A DNA stretch of 64,000 nucleotides from Selaginella moellendorffii. Taxonomy: Eukaryota > Plantae > Lycopodiophyta. The stretch's first letter is position 1, and the number at the start of each line of letters is the position of its first letter. A program made the position numbers and the translations under genes. The notes under the pieces are model-generated. The model had not been told where the DNA came from and ran no database searches. It saw only the letters and a list, made by a program, of their open reading frames with translations. The stretch is from NCBI RefSeq assembly GCF_000143415.4, contig NW_003314263.1:2916041-2980040 (forward strand), in the 5' to 3' direction. Below, in pieces: positions 63,540 through 64,000 of the stretch.

Positions 63540-64000
63540 ATGAGGAGGCCTCCTCGCCGGAACAAAGAGGGACTCACGAAAGGCCCCTGGCAGCCCGAGG
63601 AAGACGAGAAGCTCGTCGCTTACATTCGGAAACACGGTCACGAGAATTGGAGAGCGCTACCGGAGAAAGCAGGTGAATCGATTTCTCACATCTTCGTCTC
63701 ATAGTTTCTCTTGGATCCTGCGAGCAGGACTTAATCGCTGCGGCAAGAGTTGCAGGCTGCGATGGACGAATTATCTCCGGCCGGATATAAAACGAGGCGG
63801 GATCACAGCCCAAGAAGAGGTTCTCATCATCTGGCTGCATTCAATCCTGGGAAACCGGTAAGAGTTTGTAGAGTTTTACCTCTAAGCTCTTGCGTTTCTC
63901 ACTTTTCAGGTGGTCCGTGATCGCATCGCACATTCCTGGACGAACTGACAACGAGATTAAAAACCACTGGAACACACACCTCAAGAAGCAATTGTTACAG
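63540..64000 (+). CDS. R2R3-MYB transcription factor, 5' part (exons 63540-63672, 63728-63857, 63911->end)
   Basis: [24 protein letters not shown]|[28 protein letters not shown]|[26 protein letters not shown]; classic 133/130-nt exons. Confidence 0.95.

Noticed and set aside
1-64000. CRISPR arrays, rRNA genes, LTR retroelements, prokaryotic systems
   Set aside because: No regularly spaced repeats, rRNA sequence, RT/integrase motifs or operon structure seen; the locus is spliced eukaryotic DNA

Overview
Eukaryotic (land-plant) genomic DNA. It is very gene-dense with mostly 45-75 nt GT-AG introns, consistent with a compact lycophyte genome such as Selaginella (inference, not verified). The right third (about 43.8-64 kb) is an ordinary intact gene array: Pin-II protease inhibitor, PPR-SMR, SHPRH, CCDC174-like, SUMO, a probable plastid protein, ADF, an RBR E3 ligase, intron-containing tRNA-Tyr, DHAD/ilvD and an R2R3-MYB. 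The left two-thirds is a rearranged accessory zone built largely from copied fragments of those same neighbouring genes. It contains a ~17 kb inverted duplication with nested inverted repeats around an intact CYP71-clan P450, a decayed Helentron-like Rep/PIF1 helicase with an RPA-like gene, a ~3.5 kb dispersed direct repeat, and a ~7.4 kb tandem duplication. The most striking item is a multi-copy chimeric gene. In it, tandem fragments of the local PPR-SMR gene are fused in frame to a divergent but apparently complete proteasome-beta/HslV-like Ntn-hydrolase domain (Gly|Thr1, Asp17, Lys33, GSG and D-x-x-C-GG equivalents, completed by a 56-nt intron). Most copies of this domain sit tail-to-tail with a ~140-aa orphan gene. 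The two Pin-II paralogues differ mainly in their reactive-site loops.
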